A stretch of DNA of 60,802 nucleotides, the filler included, from Dehalococcoidia bacterium (GTDB taxonomy: Bacteria > Chloroflexota > Dehalococcoidia > DSTF01 > RBG-16-68-14): the NCBI GenBank assembly GCA_040882355.1. It is 6 parts of 6 records of this genome, joined end to end, with 100 filler letters (N's around TTAATTAATTAA, not from the genome) between each part and the next. Parts side by side here need not be neighbours in the genome. Positions count along the whole stretch, not along the records: positions 31,241 to 60,802 come from JBBEBM010000034.1; 5 more parts are not named here. The stretch is one strand, 5' to 3'. The notes beneath the pieces are model-generated. The model ran no database searches. It saw only the letters and a program-made list of their open reading frames with translations, and had not been told where the DNA came from. Both the position numbers and the translations under genes were made by a program. The first letter of the stretch is position 1, and the number at the start of each line of letters is the position of its first letter. Of the stretch, positions 42,203-50,705 are shown in pieces.

Positions 42203-43288
42203 CTAGTTGCGCGGCGGATCGATGAACGCGCGCACACGCTCCGGCAGGCGCTCGCGACGGTCGCCCAGGCCGACGACGTCGAGGCGGTGCATGTACTCGT
42301 TGAACTGGCGCCGGCGCACAGCGAGCAGCTTCTGGTAGCCGTCGTTGAGCTGCGCCTCGCTCTTGCCGCCGCCGAGCAAGATGGCGAGCGCCTCCGTGGT
42401 GTCACCGCCGCCGGTGAGGCCGGCCTGGTTCGGCGTGGAGCCGACCTGGCCCTCCATGCGGTCCAGGTAGGTGTGCACCTCTTCGCGGCGCTCCGGCTCG
42501 GTCTCCAGCAGGTGCTTCATGTGCATCACACCGAAGGCGACGTGACGGCTCTCGTCCTGAGCGGCGAGGCGGAAGATGCGCTTGTCGACCTCGCTGTGGG
42601 CGATCAGCTCGCCCATGCGGAAGAGCGACTGCACGAAGCCTTCGCCGACGAGGTGGAGGCTGGCGGTCATGTCGATGAAGCTCTGCGCGGTGAGCAAGCC
42701 GACAGCGCCCGGCCCGGCCTGCAGCAAGCCGATGCCGTTCGCGAGCGCGCGCTTGCGGAAGACGTCCAAGTGACGCCCCTCATCCATGATCTGCGTGGCG
42801 AGGAAGAGACCGACCTCGAAATACTCGGCGGCGATGGCGGGGGCGAACTTGCCGGGCACATCGCCGGCGATGAACTCGACCTGGGTAAGGAAGGTGCAGA
42901 GCTGGGACATTGCCAGCTCCAGGTCCTCGTCCAGCTCGGGCAAATCGCCCCAGGGGATGTCGGTCGCGGAGCTCCACTGGCGCTGGAGACCTTCCTCATA
43001 GAGCATCATCGCGGAGTCCGACCAGGACTCCGACTTGCTGTACCAGTGGGCGCCGATGTTCTGGGCGTCGGCCCGGGGGGCGGAGCCGCGCATGCGCCCG
43101 CTCTGGTTGGTGGTCATGTCCGGCGGGTTGCCGTAGGAGCCAACGCTGATCTCCTCTAGCGTGAGCCCGCGCTTCCCTGGCACGACGCGGAGGCCGCGTT
43201 CGGCGGCGGGCTGCTCAATCCAGGAGAGGTCGAGATCTTCGCCTCCGGGCTCTTTGCGAAGCTCTTGCAGGATATCCGCCTTGGTCAT
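42203..43288 (-). CDS. Ferritin-like diiron protein (putative catalytic alpha subunit)
   Basis: E(QVEF)...DEGRH...E(VGEG)...DESRH complete carboxylate-diiron ligand set. Confidence 0.85.
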   Translation of the reverse strand: MTKADILQELRKEPGGEDLDLSWIEQPAAERGLRVVPGKRGLTLEEISVGSYGNPPDMTTNQSGRMRGSAPRADAQNIGAHWYSKSESWSDSAMMLYEEGLQRQWSSATDIPWGDLPELDEDLELAMSQLCTFLTQVEFIAGDVPGKFAPAIAAEYFEVGLFLATQIMDEGRHLDVFRKRALANGIGLLQAGPGAVGLLTAQSFIDMTASLHLVGEGFVQSLFRMGELIAHSEVDKRIFRLAAQDESRHVAFGVMHMKHLLETEPERREEVHTYLDRMEGQVGSTPNQAGLTGGGDTTEALAILLGGGKSEAQLNDGYQKLLAVRRRQFNEYMHRLDVVGLGDRRERLPERVRAFIDPPRN

Positions 43289-43334
43289 AACAGGCCTCCT
43301 TGATTCGAAGCTAAGCGCGTGTGTCAGACGGTAC

Positions 43335-43375
43335 TAGGCAGTGCTTAACTTAGCAAACGCTAAGGAACTTGTCAA
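43335..43375 (-). promoter_or_regulatory. Promoter with palindromic operator
   Basis: Minus-strand TTGACA-17-TAAGTT (extended -10) overlapped by TTAGC-N4-GCTAA (43350-43363). Confidence 0.7.
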
Positions 43376-43398
43376 GAGGCCGGCCGTGCGAATGTTGG

Positions 43399-44178
43399 CT
43401 ACTTCTGGACCGTCGTGCCGGTCGCAGCTTCGCCTCTGAGGAGGGCGCGGAGGGCGCCCGCTTCGCGCCCATCGATGATCGAGGCGGGCACGCCCGCCTC
43501 GTTCGCGCGGAGAGCAGCCTCCACCTTCGGGATCATGCCGCCGGCAACAGTGCCGGCCGCGATGAGGCCACGCGCCTCCGCTGCGCTCAGGCGCGGCTGG
43601 ACGGCGCCCGCAGCGTCCATGACGCCGGGCACGTCGGTGAGGAAGACGAGCCGTTCTGCCCCGAGAGCGGCGGCGACTTCGCCGGCGGCGGTGTCGGCGT
43701 TGATGTTGAGGAGCTGCGGGCGGACCGCCTCGCCTTCGACCTCGACAGCGATGGGCGCGAGGACGGCGACGACGCCCTGCGCGACGGACTCGAGCGGCTC
43801 GACGTTGACGGCGACGATCTCGCCGACGAAGCCGAGCTCCGGGTCGAAGCGGCGGGCGCGGAGGATCGCGACGTCCGCGCCGGAGAGGCCGCAGGCGGGC
43901 GCGCCGCGCGCCTGCAGCTCGGTGACGAGTCGCTTGTTGACGAGACCGGCGAGCACGGCGACGACGACCTCGAGGGCGCGCTCGTCGGTGACGCGCAGGC
44001 CGCGCACGAAGCGCGACTCGACGTCGTGGCGCTCGAGCCACTCGCTGATCGTCGCGCCGCCGCCGTGGACGACGACGAAGCGCATGCCGTCCGCGTGCAG
44101 CGCGGCGATGTCGTCCAGGGTGGTGTCGTGGCGGCCGAGGGTGCTGCCACCGATCTTGAGGACGGTGAGTGGGGTCAT
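43399..44178 (-). CDS. argB: Acetylglutamate kinase
   Basis: VLKIGGS, VVVHGGG, GLRVTD, NINADTAA, GGMIPKV. Confidence 0.95.
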   Translation of the reverse strand: MTPLTVLKIGGSTLGRHDTTLDDIAALHADGMRFVVVHGGGATISEWLERHDVESRFVRGLRVTDERALEVVVAVLAGLVNKRLVTELQARGAPACGLSGADVAILRARRFDPELGFVGEIVAVNVEPLESVAQGVVAVLAPIAVEVEGEAVRPQLLNINADTAAGEVAAALGAERLVFLTDVPGVMDAAGAVQPRLSAAEARGLIAAGTVAGGMIPKVEAALRANEAGVPASIIDGREAGALRALLRGEAATGTTVQK

Positions 44179-44209
44179 GGCACCCGTGCTTCCGGGTAGC
44201 GTGGCGGTC

Positions 44210-44311
44210 GTAGGGGAGGCCCTTTAGGCCTCCCGCGACGGGCCTCATGGCGCGGCGTTGGCGCGGTTAACGCCGGCCGCAGCGTTGGTGGCGGCCTGAA
44301 GGTCGCCGCTA
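44210..44311. repeat. REP palindromes inside the arg operon
   Basis: GTAGGGGAGGCCCTTTAGGCCTCCCGCGAC (same subtype as the IS target) and GGCGGCCTGAAGGTCGCCGCTAC. Confidence 0.75.
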
Positions 44312-44346
44312 CCTGTCGCTCCACGAAGGTGATCGACATCGCGCCC

Positions 44347-44772
44347 CTACGCTTCGCTCGGGATAGCACCGACCTGCTGCATCAACCCGAGCTGGTCGGA
44401 GACCTCCCACTCCTCGACAACCCGGCCGTCCCTGATGCGGTAGATGGCGATCTGCCTGACGGAGATGCGCAGGCCCGTAGGTGGCATGCCGAACAGGTCG
44501 CCGTCGTGGGTGCCGGTGAACGTGAAGCAGCCGACGACGCGGTCGTCTTCGGCGACCAGCTCATCGACGGAGATGCGCAGGTCCGGGAAGCCTGCAAGGT
44601 ACGCTGCGATCGAGTCGCGGACGGCATCCCGGCCGCTCGGCGCGCCTTCGGCCGCGGTGCGCAGGACGTAGTCGGGCGCAATGAACTCGTCGACGGCGGC
44701 CAAGCGCCGCTTGTTGAAGATCTCGTCTTCCATGCGGCGGACGAGGGCCTTGTTCTCATCAGCCTGGGTCAC
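44347..44772 (-). CDS. SnoaL-like ester cyclase family protein
   Basis: ENKALVRR...AGFPDL...GTHDGDLFGMPPTG...DQLGLMQQVG. Confidence 0.9.
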   Translation of the reverse strand: MTQADENKALVRRMEDEIFNKRRLAAVDEFIAPDYVLRTAAEGAPSGRDAVRDSIAAYLAGFPDLRISVDELVAEDDRVVGCFTFTGTHDGDLFGMPPTGLRISVRQIAIYRIRDGRVVEEWEVSDQLGLMQQVGAIPSEA

Positions 44773-44836
44773 GGCTCACTCCCCTGGCCTCTGCTTGGGC
44801 GTCGGCCTGAAGCCCGACCCGCGAAGAGGGGACGGC

Positions 44837-46054
44837 TCACGTCGTGTACTCGGCGTTGATGCGCACGTACTCCGGCGTGAGGTCGCAGCCCCAGGCGGTG
44901 GCGCTCGAGTCGCCGAGCCCGAGGTCGACGCGGACGTGGACCTCGCTGCGGGCGAGCGCCTGCGAGAGCGCGGGCTCGTCGAAGGGAAGCGGTGTGCCCG
45001 CTCGAAAGACGTCCACGTCCTGGATGGCGATAGCGAGGCTGTCTTCGCGCACGTCGGCGCCGCTGTAGCCGACCGCGACCATGACGCGCCCCCAGTTCGG
45101 GTCATTGCCATAGACGGCGGCCTTGACGAGCATCGACCCGACGACCGCCTTCGCGGCAAGGCGGGCGTCCGCGACGCTGACCGCGCCATCGACGCGCACT
45201 TCGAGCAGCTTGCTCGCGCCCTCGCCGTCGCGGGCGAGCTTGCGCGTGAGCGTCGCCGAGACGTGCTCGATCGCGGCGCTCACGAGTGGGAGCGCCGGAT
45301 GGCCGGACCCGATCGTCTCGCCGCCGGCCGCGCCGTTCGCCATCAGCAGCACCATGTCGTCGGGGCTGGTGTCGCCGTCGATGTAGAGCTGGTTGAACGA
45401 CGCGTCGACGGCCTCGGTGAGCAGCGAAGGCAAGAGAGTGGCGTCGATGGGCGCGTCAGCGGTGAGGAAGCCGAGCATGGTCGCCATGTTGGGGTGGATC
45501 ATGCCCGAGCCCTTCGCGCAGCCACCGACGGTGTAGGTCGTATCGCCCCACTGGAAACGGACGGCGCACTGCTTGGCGACGGTGTCGGTGGTCATGATGG
45601 CGTGAACGAACGCATCGCCGCCATCCTCGGTCACGATAATGCGAGGGACGCCGGCGCGCACGCGGTCCATCGGCATGAACCACCCGGTGACGCCCGTGCT
45701 GGCGATGACGACGTCCTCCGTTGCGACACCGAGCTTCGCCGCGCTGAGCTGCGCCATCTCAAGGGCGTCGCGCTCGCCTTGCTCGCCGGTGTAGGCGTTC
45801 GCCACGCCCGAATTGGCGATCAGCGCCTGCGCGTAGCCGTCGGCGAGGTGGCGCTTCGAGACGTGAAGCGCGGCGCCTTGCAGGCGAGCCGTCGTGAAGA
45901 CGGCGGCGGCCGGGCACCGCTCGTCGGAGGCGAGGAGGGCCAGGTCGAGGCGGCCGGGCGTCGTGTCGCGGATGCCGGAGCCGGTTGCCCCAGCACGGAA
46001 GCCGCGCGGGGTGGTGAGGGTGCCGTCGGGCACGTCGAGGAGCGACGCTTCCAT
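44837..46054 (-). CDS. argJ: Bifunctional ornithine acetyltransferase/N-acetylglutamate synthase
   Basis: IMTTDT, KGSGMIHPNMATML, DGEGASK, DPNWGRV, YVRINAEYTT. Confidence 0.96.
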   Translation of the reverse strand: MEASLLDVPDGTLTTPRGFRAGATGSGIRDTTPGRLDLALLASDERCPAAAVFTTARLQGAALHVSKRHLADGYAQALIANSGVANAYTGEQGERDALEMAQLSAAKLGVATEDVVIASTGVTGWFMPMDRVRAGVPRIIVTEDGGDAFVHAIMTTDTVAKQCAVRFQWGDTTYTVGGCAKGSGMIHPNMATMLGFLTADAPIDATLLPSLLTEAVDASFNQLYIDGDTSPDDMVLLMANGAAGGETIGSGHPALPLVSAAIEHVSATLTRKLARDGEGASKLLEVRVDGAVSVADARLAAKAVVGSMLVKAAVYGNDPNWGRVMVAVGYSGADVREDSLAIAIQDVDVFRAGTPLPFDEPALSQALARSEVHVRVDLGLGDSSATAWGCDLTPEYVRINAEYTT

Positions 46055-46056
46055 GC

Positions 46057-47085
46057 TCAGGGGTAGAGGGCGAGCCCGCCCAACCCGGCGGCCTCTGGCA
46101 GGCCGAGCATCAGGTTGAGGCACTGCACTCCCTGGCCCGCGCCGCCCTTCATCAGGTTGTCGAGGGCGCTCACAATGACGAGGCGGTCCGTGCGGGCGTC
46201 TACGGTCGGGTAGACGAGGCAGTCGTTCGTGCCCAGCGTCTGCTTGGTCGAAGGCGGCACGTCGACGACCCGAACAAAGATCGACTCGCGATAGAAGTCG
46301 CTGAACAGCTCGCGGACGCGGGCGGTCGGGTCGGCGCCGAGATCGGCACCGGCGCGCAGCGAGGCGTAGGCGGTGATCAGGATACCGCGGCTCATCGGGA
46401 TCAGATGCGGAACCATGGTGACGCGCGGGGGCGGCGCCTCCCAGAGCGCACCCAGCTCCTGGACGATCTCCGGCAAGTGGCGGTGGCCGTCGAGCGCGTA
46501 GGCGCTGACGCCCTCGTTCGCCTCGGCGAAGTGGTAAGGGAGGCCAAGCGTGCGGCCGGCGCCCGAGATGCCGCTCTTGCTGTCGACCACGACGTCCGGC
46601 TCGACGAGGCCGGCCTTGAACGCGGGCGCGAGCGCGAAGACGGCGGCGGTCGAGTGGCAGCCGGCGCTGCCGACGAGCTTCGCGCGGGCGATCTCGTCGT
46701 GGCGGAGCTCAGGCAGGCCCATGACGGCGCTCGCGAGCAGCTCCGGCGCCGGGTGCGCGCCGTACCAGGCCTCGTACTCCTCGATGCGGCGCAGGCGGAA
46801 ATCGGCGCTCAGGTCGACTACGGGCAGGCCGCGCTCGATGTAGGGCAGGAGCTGCTCGGCGGCGGCGGCGTGCGGCAGGGCAGAGACGACGGCGTCCACC
46901 TCACCAAGCTGCTCTTCGACGTTCAGGCCGAGGGGGCCGAGGTGCGGGAAGACGTCGCCCAGCGGCTTGCCGGCGGCGCTGCGGCCGGTGACGGAGACAA
47001 GTTCGATGTCGGGGTGGGCGTGGAGCAGCCGGGCGGCCTCGGCCCCCATATAGCCTGTGACGTTAAGGATGCCGGCTCGGAACAC
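46057..47085 (-). CDS. argC: N-acetyl-gamma-glutamyl-phosphate reductase
   Basis: TGYMG, DLSADFRL, GCHST, SGISGAGR, HRHLPEI, DNLMKGGAGQ. Confidence 0.95.
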   Translation of the reverse strand: MFRAGILNVTGYMGAEAARLLHAHPDIELVSVTGRSAAGKPLGDVFPHLGPLGLNVEEQLGEVDAVVSALPHAAAAEQLLPYIERGLPVVDLSADFRLRRIEEYEAWYGAHPAPELLASAVMGLPELRHDEIARAKLVGSAGCHSTAAVFALAPAFKAGLVEPDVVVDSKSGISGAGRTLGLPYHFAEANEGVSAYALDGHRHLPEIVQELGALWEAPPPRVTMVPHLIPMSRGILITAYASLRAGADLGADPTARVRELFSDFYRESIFVRVVDVPPSTKQTLGTNDCLVYPTVDARTDRLVIVSALDNLMKGGAGQGVQCLNLMLGLPEAAGLGGLALYP

Positions 47086-47202
47086 GGTTGCGCCTCGGGT
47101 GATGAGATGAATGGAGTATATCGGATGCGAGGGAGAGGTTGTAGGGCGCTGCGCTATACTGGCGCGATTCGAAGCGGGCATACACAGGCGAGGAGGCCGA
47201 CG

Positions 47203-48147
47203 ATGGAGTATCGAAATCTGGGTCGTTCGGGGTTGCAGGTGTCGGTGGTGGGTGTGGGCTGCAACAACTTCGGGCGGCGCTGCGACGTGGAGCAGACGGC
47301 CGCGGTGGTGAACAAGGCGCTGGAGCTGGGTGTGACGCTGTTCGACACGGCCGACATCTACGGGCCGCGCGGGCTGTCCGAGGAGTACCTGGGCAAGGCG
47401 CTCCAGGGCCATCGACGGGACGCGGTGATCGCGACGAAGTTCGCCGGGCCGATGGGCGAGGGGTCGTTGTGGGGCGGGGCGTCACGGCGCTACATCGTCG
47501 AGGCGGTGGAGGCGAGCCTGCGCCGGCTGGGCACCGACTACATCGACCTCTACCAGATCCACTTCCCGGACGCGCGCACGCCCATCGAGGAGACGATGCG
47601 CGCGCTGGGCGACGTGGTGCGCCAGGGCAAGGCGCGCTACATCGGGTGCTCGAACTTCGCGGGCTGGCAGATGGTGGAGGCGCAACTGGTCGCGAAGGCG
47701 GGACACCTGTCGCCGTTCATCTCGGCGCAGAACCAGTACAACCTCCTGGACCGGCGCATCGAACGCGAGCTGGTGCCGGCGGCGAACGCGTACGGCCTGG
47801 GTGTGCTGCCCTACTTCCCGCTGGCGAGCGGCTTCCTCACGGGCAAGTACCAGTCGGGCCAAGCGCCGCCCGAGGGCACGCGGCTGGCCGGGGCCGGGCC
47901 GATGGCCGACCGCATCCTCACGGAAGGGAACTTCGAGACGCTGGCGAAGCTGTCGTCGTTCGCGGAGCAGCGCGGCCGCTCGATGGTGGAGCTGGCGATC
48001 GGGTGGCTGGCGAGCCAGTCGCACGTGGGCAGCGTGATCGCCGGCGCGACGAAGCCGGAGCAGGTGGAGCAGAACGTCTCGGCCGGCGAGTGGCGCCTGA
48101 CGCCGGAGGAGCTGGCGGAGGTGGATAGGGCTACGCGGCGGGAGTGA
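47203..48147 (+). CDS. Aldo/keto reductase
   Basis: LFDTADIYG, IATKF, SLRRLGTDYIDLYQIH, PLASGFLTGKY. Confidence 0.94.
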   Translation: MEYRNLGRSGLQVSVVGVGCNNFGRRCDVEQTAAVVNKALELGVTLFDTADIYGPRGLSEEYLGKALQGHRRDAVIATKFAGPMGEGSLWGGASRRYIVEAVEASLRRLGTDYIDLYQIHFPDARTPIEETMRALGDVVRQGKARYIGCSNFAGWQMVEAQLVAKAGHLSPFISAQNQYNLLDRRIERELVPAANAYGLGVLPYFPLASGFLTGKYQSGQAPPEGTRLAGAGPMADRILTEGNFETLAKLSSFAEQRGRSMVELAIGWLASQSHVGSVIAGATKPEQVEQNVSAGEWRLTPEELAEVDRATRRE

Positions 48148-48165
48148 GCGAGCTGGCGGTCTTTG

Positions 48166-48621
48166 CTAGCGGCGCAGCGCCGATTCGGGATTTCCGTCGC
48201 CGACGAGAAAGAACTCTCCCTTTCTCGGAACCTTGCCGAAACGCTCGTCGCGCTGGAGGGTACCGAAGACGGTCCCGTAGTTGAGCCTCGCCTTCTCTGG
48301 ACTCTTGAACTTACCGGCAGCAGTCAGGATGTCTACTAGTTCACGCACGGTCGCGGACCCACCCCTGGCCTCCATGATCTGTTCGGCCATGTCAGCGATT
48401 GTTCCACTCAGTCCTCCGATAAGCGGCAGCTGCTCCTCAGGTGTCCTCGGCAGGTCCATCACTTGCCGATAGACCGCCAGTGCTTGGTCGTACAGACCGA
48501 GCTCTTGGCGAATTCGGGCCCGCTTCTCTTCGGCCTCCTTGATTATCTCGTCTAGCGAGGTCAAATCCTTCCTGAGGTCGCTCGTTGCCTTGATGACACG
48601 GCTAATGAAGTCATCATTCAT
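48166..48621 (-). CDS. Coiled-coil plus winged-helix hypothetical protein
   Basis: Heptad N-terminus; TIADMAEQIM...TVRELVDIL...YGTVFGTL...F wHTH; lower GC. Confidence 0.65.
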   Translation of the reverse strand: MNDDFISRVIKATSDLRKDLTSLDEIIKEAEEKRARIRQELGLYDQALAVYRQVMDLPRTPEEQLPLIGGLSGTIADMAEQIMEARGGSATVRELVDILTAAGKFKSPEKARLNYGTVFGTLQRDERFGKVPRKGEFFLVGDGNPESALRR

Positions 48622-48642
48622 TGGTACACTTCCCAGTCCAGA

Positions 48643-48717
48643 TGGTAGCATGTCATGGCCATGCATGTCAATGTATAGCTGAATGGGATTGACAGTCATG
48701 GTGCCACCTGCTACGTT
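48643..48717. promoter_or_regulatory. Divergent sigma70 promoters
   Basis: Minus TTGACA-18-TACCAT; plus TTGACA-17-TACGTT. Confidence 0.6.
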
Positions 48718-48776
48718 GACGAGAGCAGCCGCCGAACCCGATACTTCATACAGGGAAGCGAAAGGGGTATCGGACA

Positions 48777-49088
48777 ATGGCCGCGAACGGGCGACTGCCG
48801 CTGACCTTGGAGGGTATCGAGAGTGCGCTCGCTCGAACGCGTGCGGGGCACAGGAGAGAGTACTTGGCGTCCCTGCGGAAGCGTGTCGCTGCGTTTGAGG
48901 AACGTTACAGTCTCCCGTCCGACCTGCTACGCGAGGCTCTATCCGCCCACAGGCTCCGGGAGAACCTGGATGTTGTCAAGTGGCTCCATGCTTACGACAG
49001 TCTTGTGAGCCTCGAGCATGAGCGAGGCGAAGCACGGCTGGAACACACTGGAGGACTACCTCCACGTTCTGCAACACGTCGTCGATGA
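48777..49088 (+). CDS. Putative antitoxin (TumA-like)
   Basis: LRKRVAAFEERYSLPS...DVVKW pattern; overlaps the downstream DUF6516-like gene. Confidence 0.55.
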   Translation: MAANGRLPLTLEGIESALARTRAGHRREYLASLRKRVAAFEERYSLPSDLLREALSAHRLRENLDVVKWLHAYDSLVSLEHERGEARLEHTGGLPPRSATRRR

Positions 49089-49452
49089 CGACCCATTCGT
49101 AATCTCCCACTCGCTGTCTATTGATCTTTCCGCGGAAGCCGGTGACATCTCCGGGGACGTACTCTGTCACGGAGATATCATCCTCGACGTGACTAAGCAC
49201 TTCGAGATCCTGGAGTATGCAGACCAGCGATACGCTCGAACAGCCCGGTATTCGTATCACGCGAGATACGAAGGCGGTGATGACATCCTACGCTACGACA
49301 ACGCGCATGCCGACGACACAACCGGCCACAGCACCACTCATCACAAGCATACATTCGATGGCGACAGCGAGATGATCACTGACGTGAGGGAGTTCGACTG
49401 GCCTCACTTGAGCGAAGTGCTTGCTGAGCTTCGTGGAATAGTGTGGCGGTGA
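49018..49452 (+). CDS. DUF6516/TumE-family putative toxin
   Basis: YSYHA...ILRYDNAH...HHKH. Confidence 0.75.
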   Translation: MSEAKHGWNTLEDYLHVLQHVVDDDPFVISHSLSIDLSAEAGDISGDVLCHGDIILDVTKHFEILEYADQRYARTARYSYHARYEGGDDILRYDNAHADDTTGHSTTHHKHTFDGDSEMITDVREFDWPHLSEVLAELRGIVWR

Positions 49453-49471
49453 TGCGATCACCGCCATCTCC

Positions 49472-49570
49472 TCACGCCACCACGCCCACCACGCCCGCGA
49501 CGCCATCCACTTCGATCAGGGTGCCGTCCGGGAGGCGGCGCATGGCGTCCGGGACCGCGAGCACGGCCGG
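49472..49570 (-). pseudogene. Diverged duplicate of the 3' end of the 50706-52286 gene
   Basis: PAVLAVPDAMRRLPDGTLIEVDGVAGVVGVVA* versus PAVLAVPDAMRRLQDGALIEVDGAAGVVRVVA*. Confidence 0.9.
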
Positions 49571-49595
49571 GAAACAACGAGGGGTGACGGCTGAA

Positions 49596-49978
49596 CTAGC
49601 GTACGACCCGAAAGTACGTTTCACCGATTTCGATGAGGAGCCGCTTATCCCTGCGCTTCTGGACCTGCGCGAATTCAAACTCGATCCACTCTATGAGATC
49701 TTCGGCCCGTCGGCGCCCGTTTGCCTCGCTGCAGCGGAAGCTGATGCGGCCCAAGCGTCGGAAGCGCCCCCTGATACCCGCAGGAACACGCGCGGCGAGA
49801 CTCTTGAAATCCTTGTCCCATGTCACAACGATTGCGGCGAGCTCGTCTCCTACCTTGGCGATGACGGGATCTGGGGTGCCCGCGGGGAAGAGGTCGCGGA
49901 CGAGACGAACTTCGTGGCTGCGTCCTCGAAGAAGTCCGTTACGGATGCCGGGACGTTCTCATCGATGAGCAGCAGCAT
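49596..49978 (-). pseudogene. Frameshifted DUF5615/VapC45-like PIN toxin
   Basis: MLLLIDENVP...DFF, then after a 1-nt shift near 49927, GRSHEVRLVRD...TPDPVI...IVVTWDKDF. Confidence 0.75.
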
Positions 49979-49993
49979 CGCCGCACTCCATAG

Positions 49994-50641
49994 CTAACCC
50001 GCCCGTTGCCGACTGCGGCGTTCCTCGTAGGCTATCGCTGCTTCCACGTCCTTTGGAGTGAGGCGGGGGTAATCTCGAACTATCTTCCTTACGCCGTATC
50101 CTGCCTCGTGAAGGTTCCATACCGCGGAAGTCGGAATCCTCGTGCCAGCCAGGACGGGGGCATTGTGAACTACGTAGCGATTCCTTACGACCCTACCCAG
50201 GTCCCCGTCGCTACGCTCCCTCAGACGGCTGGCTGCCTCTCGCATTTCATGGGCGATTTCTTCCATCGCAATCGGCAGTACTGGCTGACCTAGCGGCCAA
50301 GCGCCCATCCTGGCTCCGGTGCGAGGGTCGTCAAAGTACACGTGCCTGCCGCCTACGTAGAACGTGAGACTCGCCCAGGGACTCTCCCTTCGCTTCTTCA
50401 GCCAAGCACCCACCCGTCGGAGCTCCTGGAGAGGGACCCCGTGCTGGTTTCGAAGGATCGCGATCGTGCGCAGGCCGACTACATCTCGGAAGGAGTAGAC
50501 CCTACCGAAGGCACGGCCGCGATCCCCGTCCGTGTATTGGGGCGCAAAGAAGCTCGTGCGATCCCAATACGCGAGCTGCCGTCGGGACAGCCCCGTTAGC
50601 CGGCAGACATGCTCCGAAGCGAAGGCTACGATTTCGTCCAT
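49994..50641 (-). CDS. MerR-HTH plus DUF433 antitoxin (VapB45-like)
   Basis: VCRLTGLSRRQLAYWD...RVYSFRDVV; PVLAGTRIPT...DYPRLTPKDVEAAIAYE. Confidence 0.85.
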   Translation of the reverse strand: MDEIVAFASEHVCRLTGLSRRQLAYWDRTSFFAPQYTDGDRGRAFGRVYSFRDVVGLRTIAILRNQHGVPLQELRRVGAWLKKRRESPWASLTFYVGGRHVYFDDPRTGARMGAWPLGQPVLPIAMEEIAHEMREAASRLRERSDGDLGRVVRNRYVVHNAPVLAGTRIPTSAVWNLHEAGYGVRKIVRDYPRLTPKDVEAAIAYEERRSRQRAG

Positions 50642-50705
50642 GGGAAAGGCACCACGCTCTCAATGCCATTCTGCCACGGATGCCTGACTTGTGCCACCAG
50701 GTTCC

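Noticed and set aside
43350..43363. TTAGC...GCTAA as a CIRCE (HrcA) element
   Set aside because: CIRCE is TTAGCACTC-N9-GAGTGCTAA; arm sequence and spacing do not match, and the genes are not chaperones.
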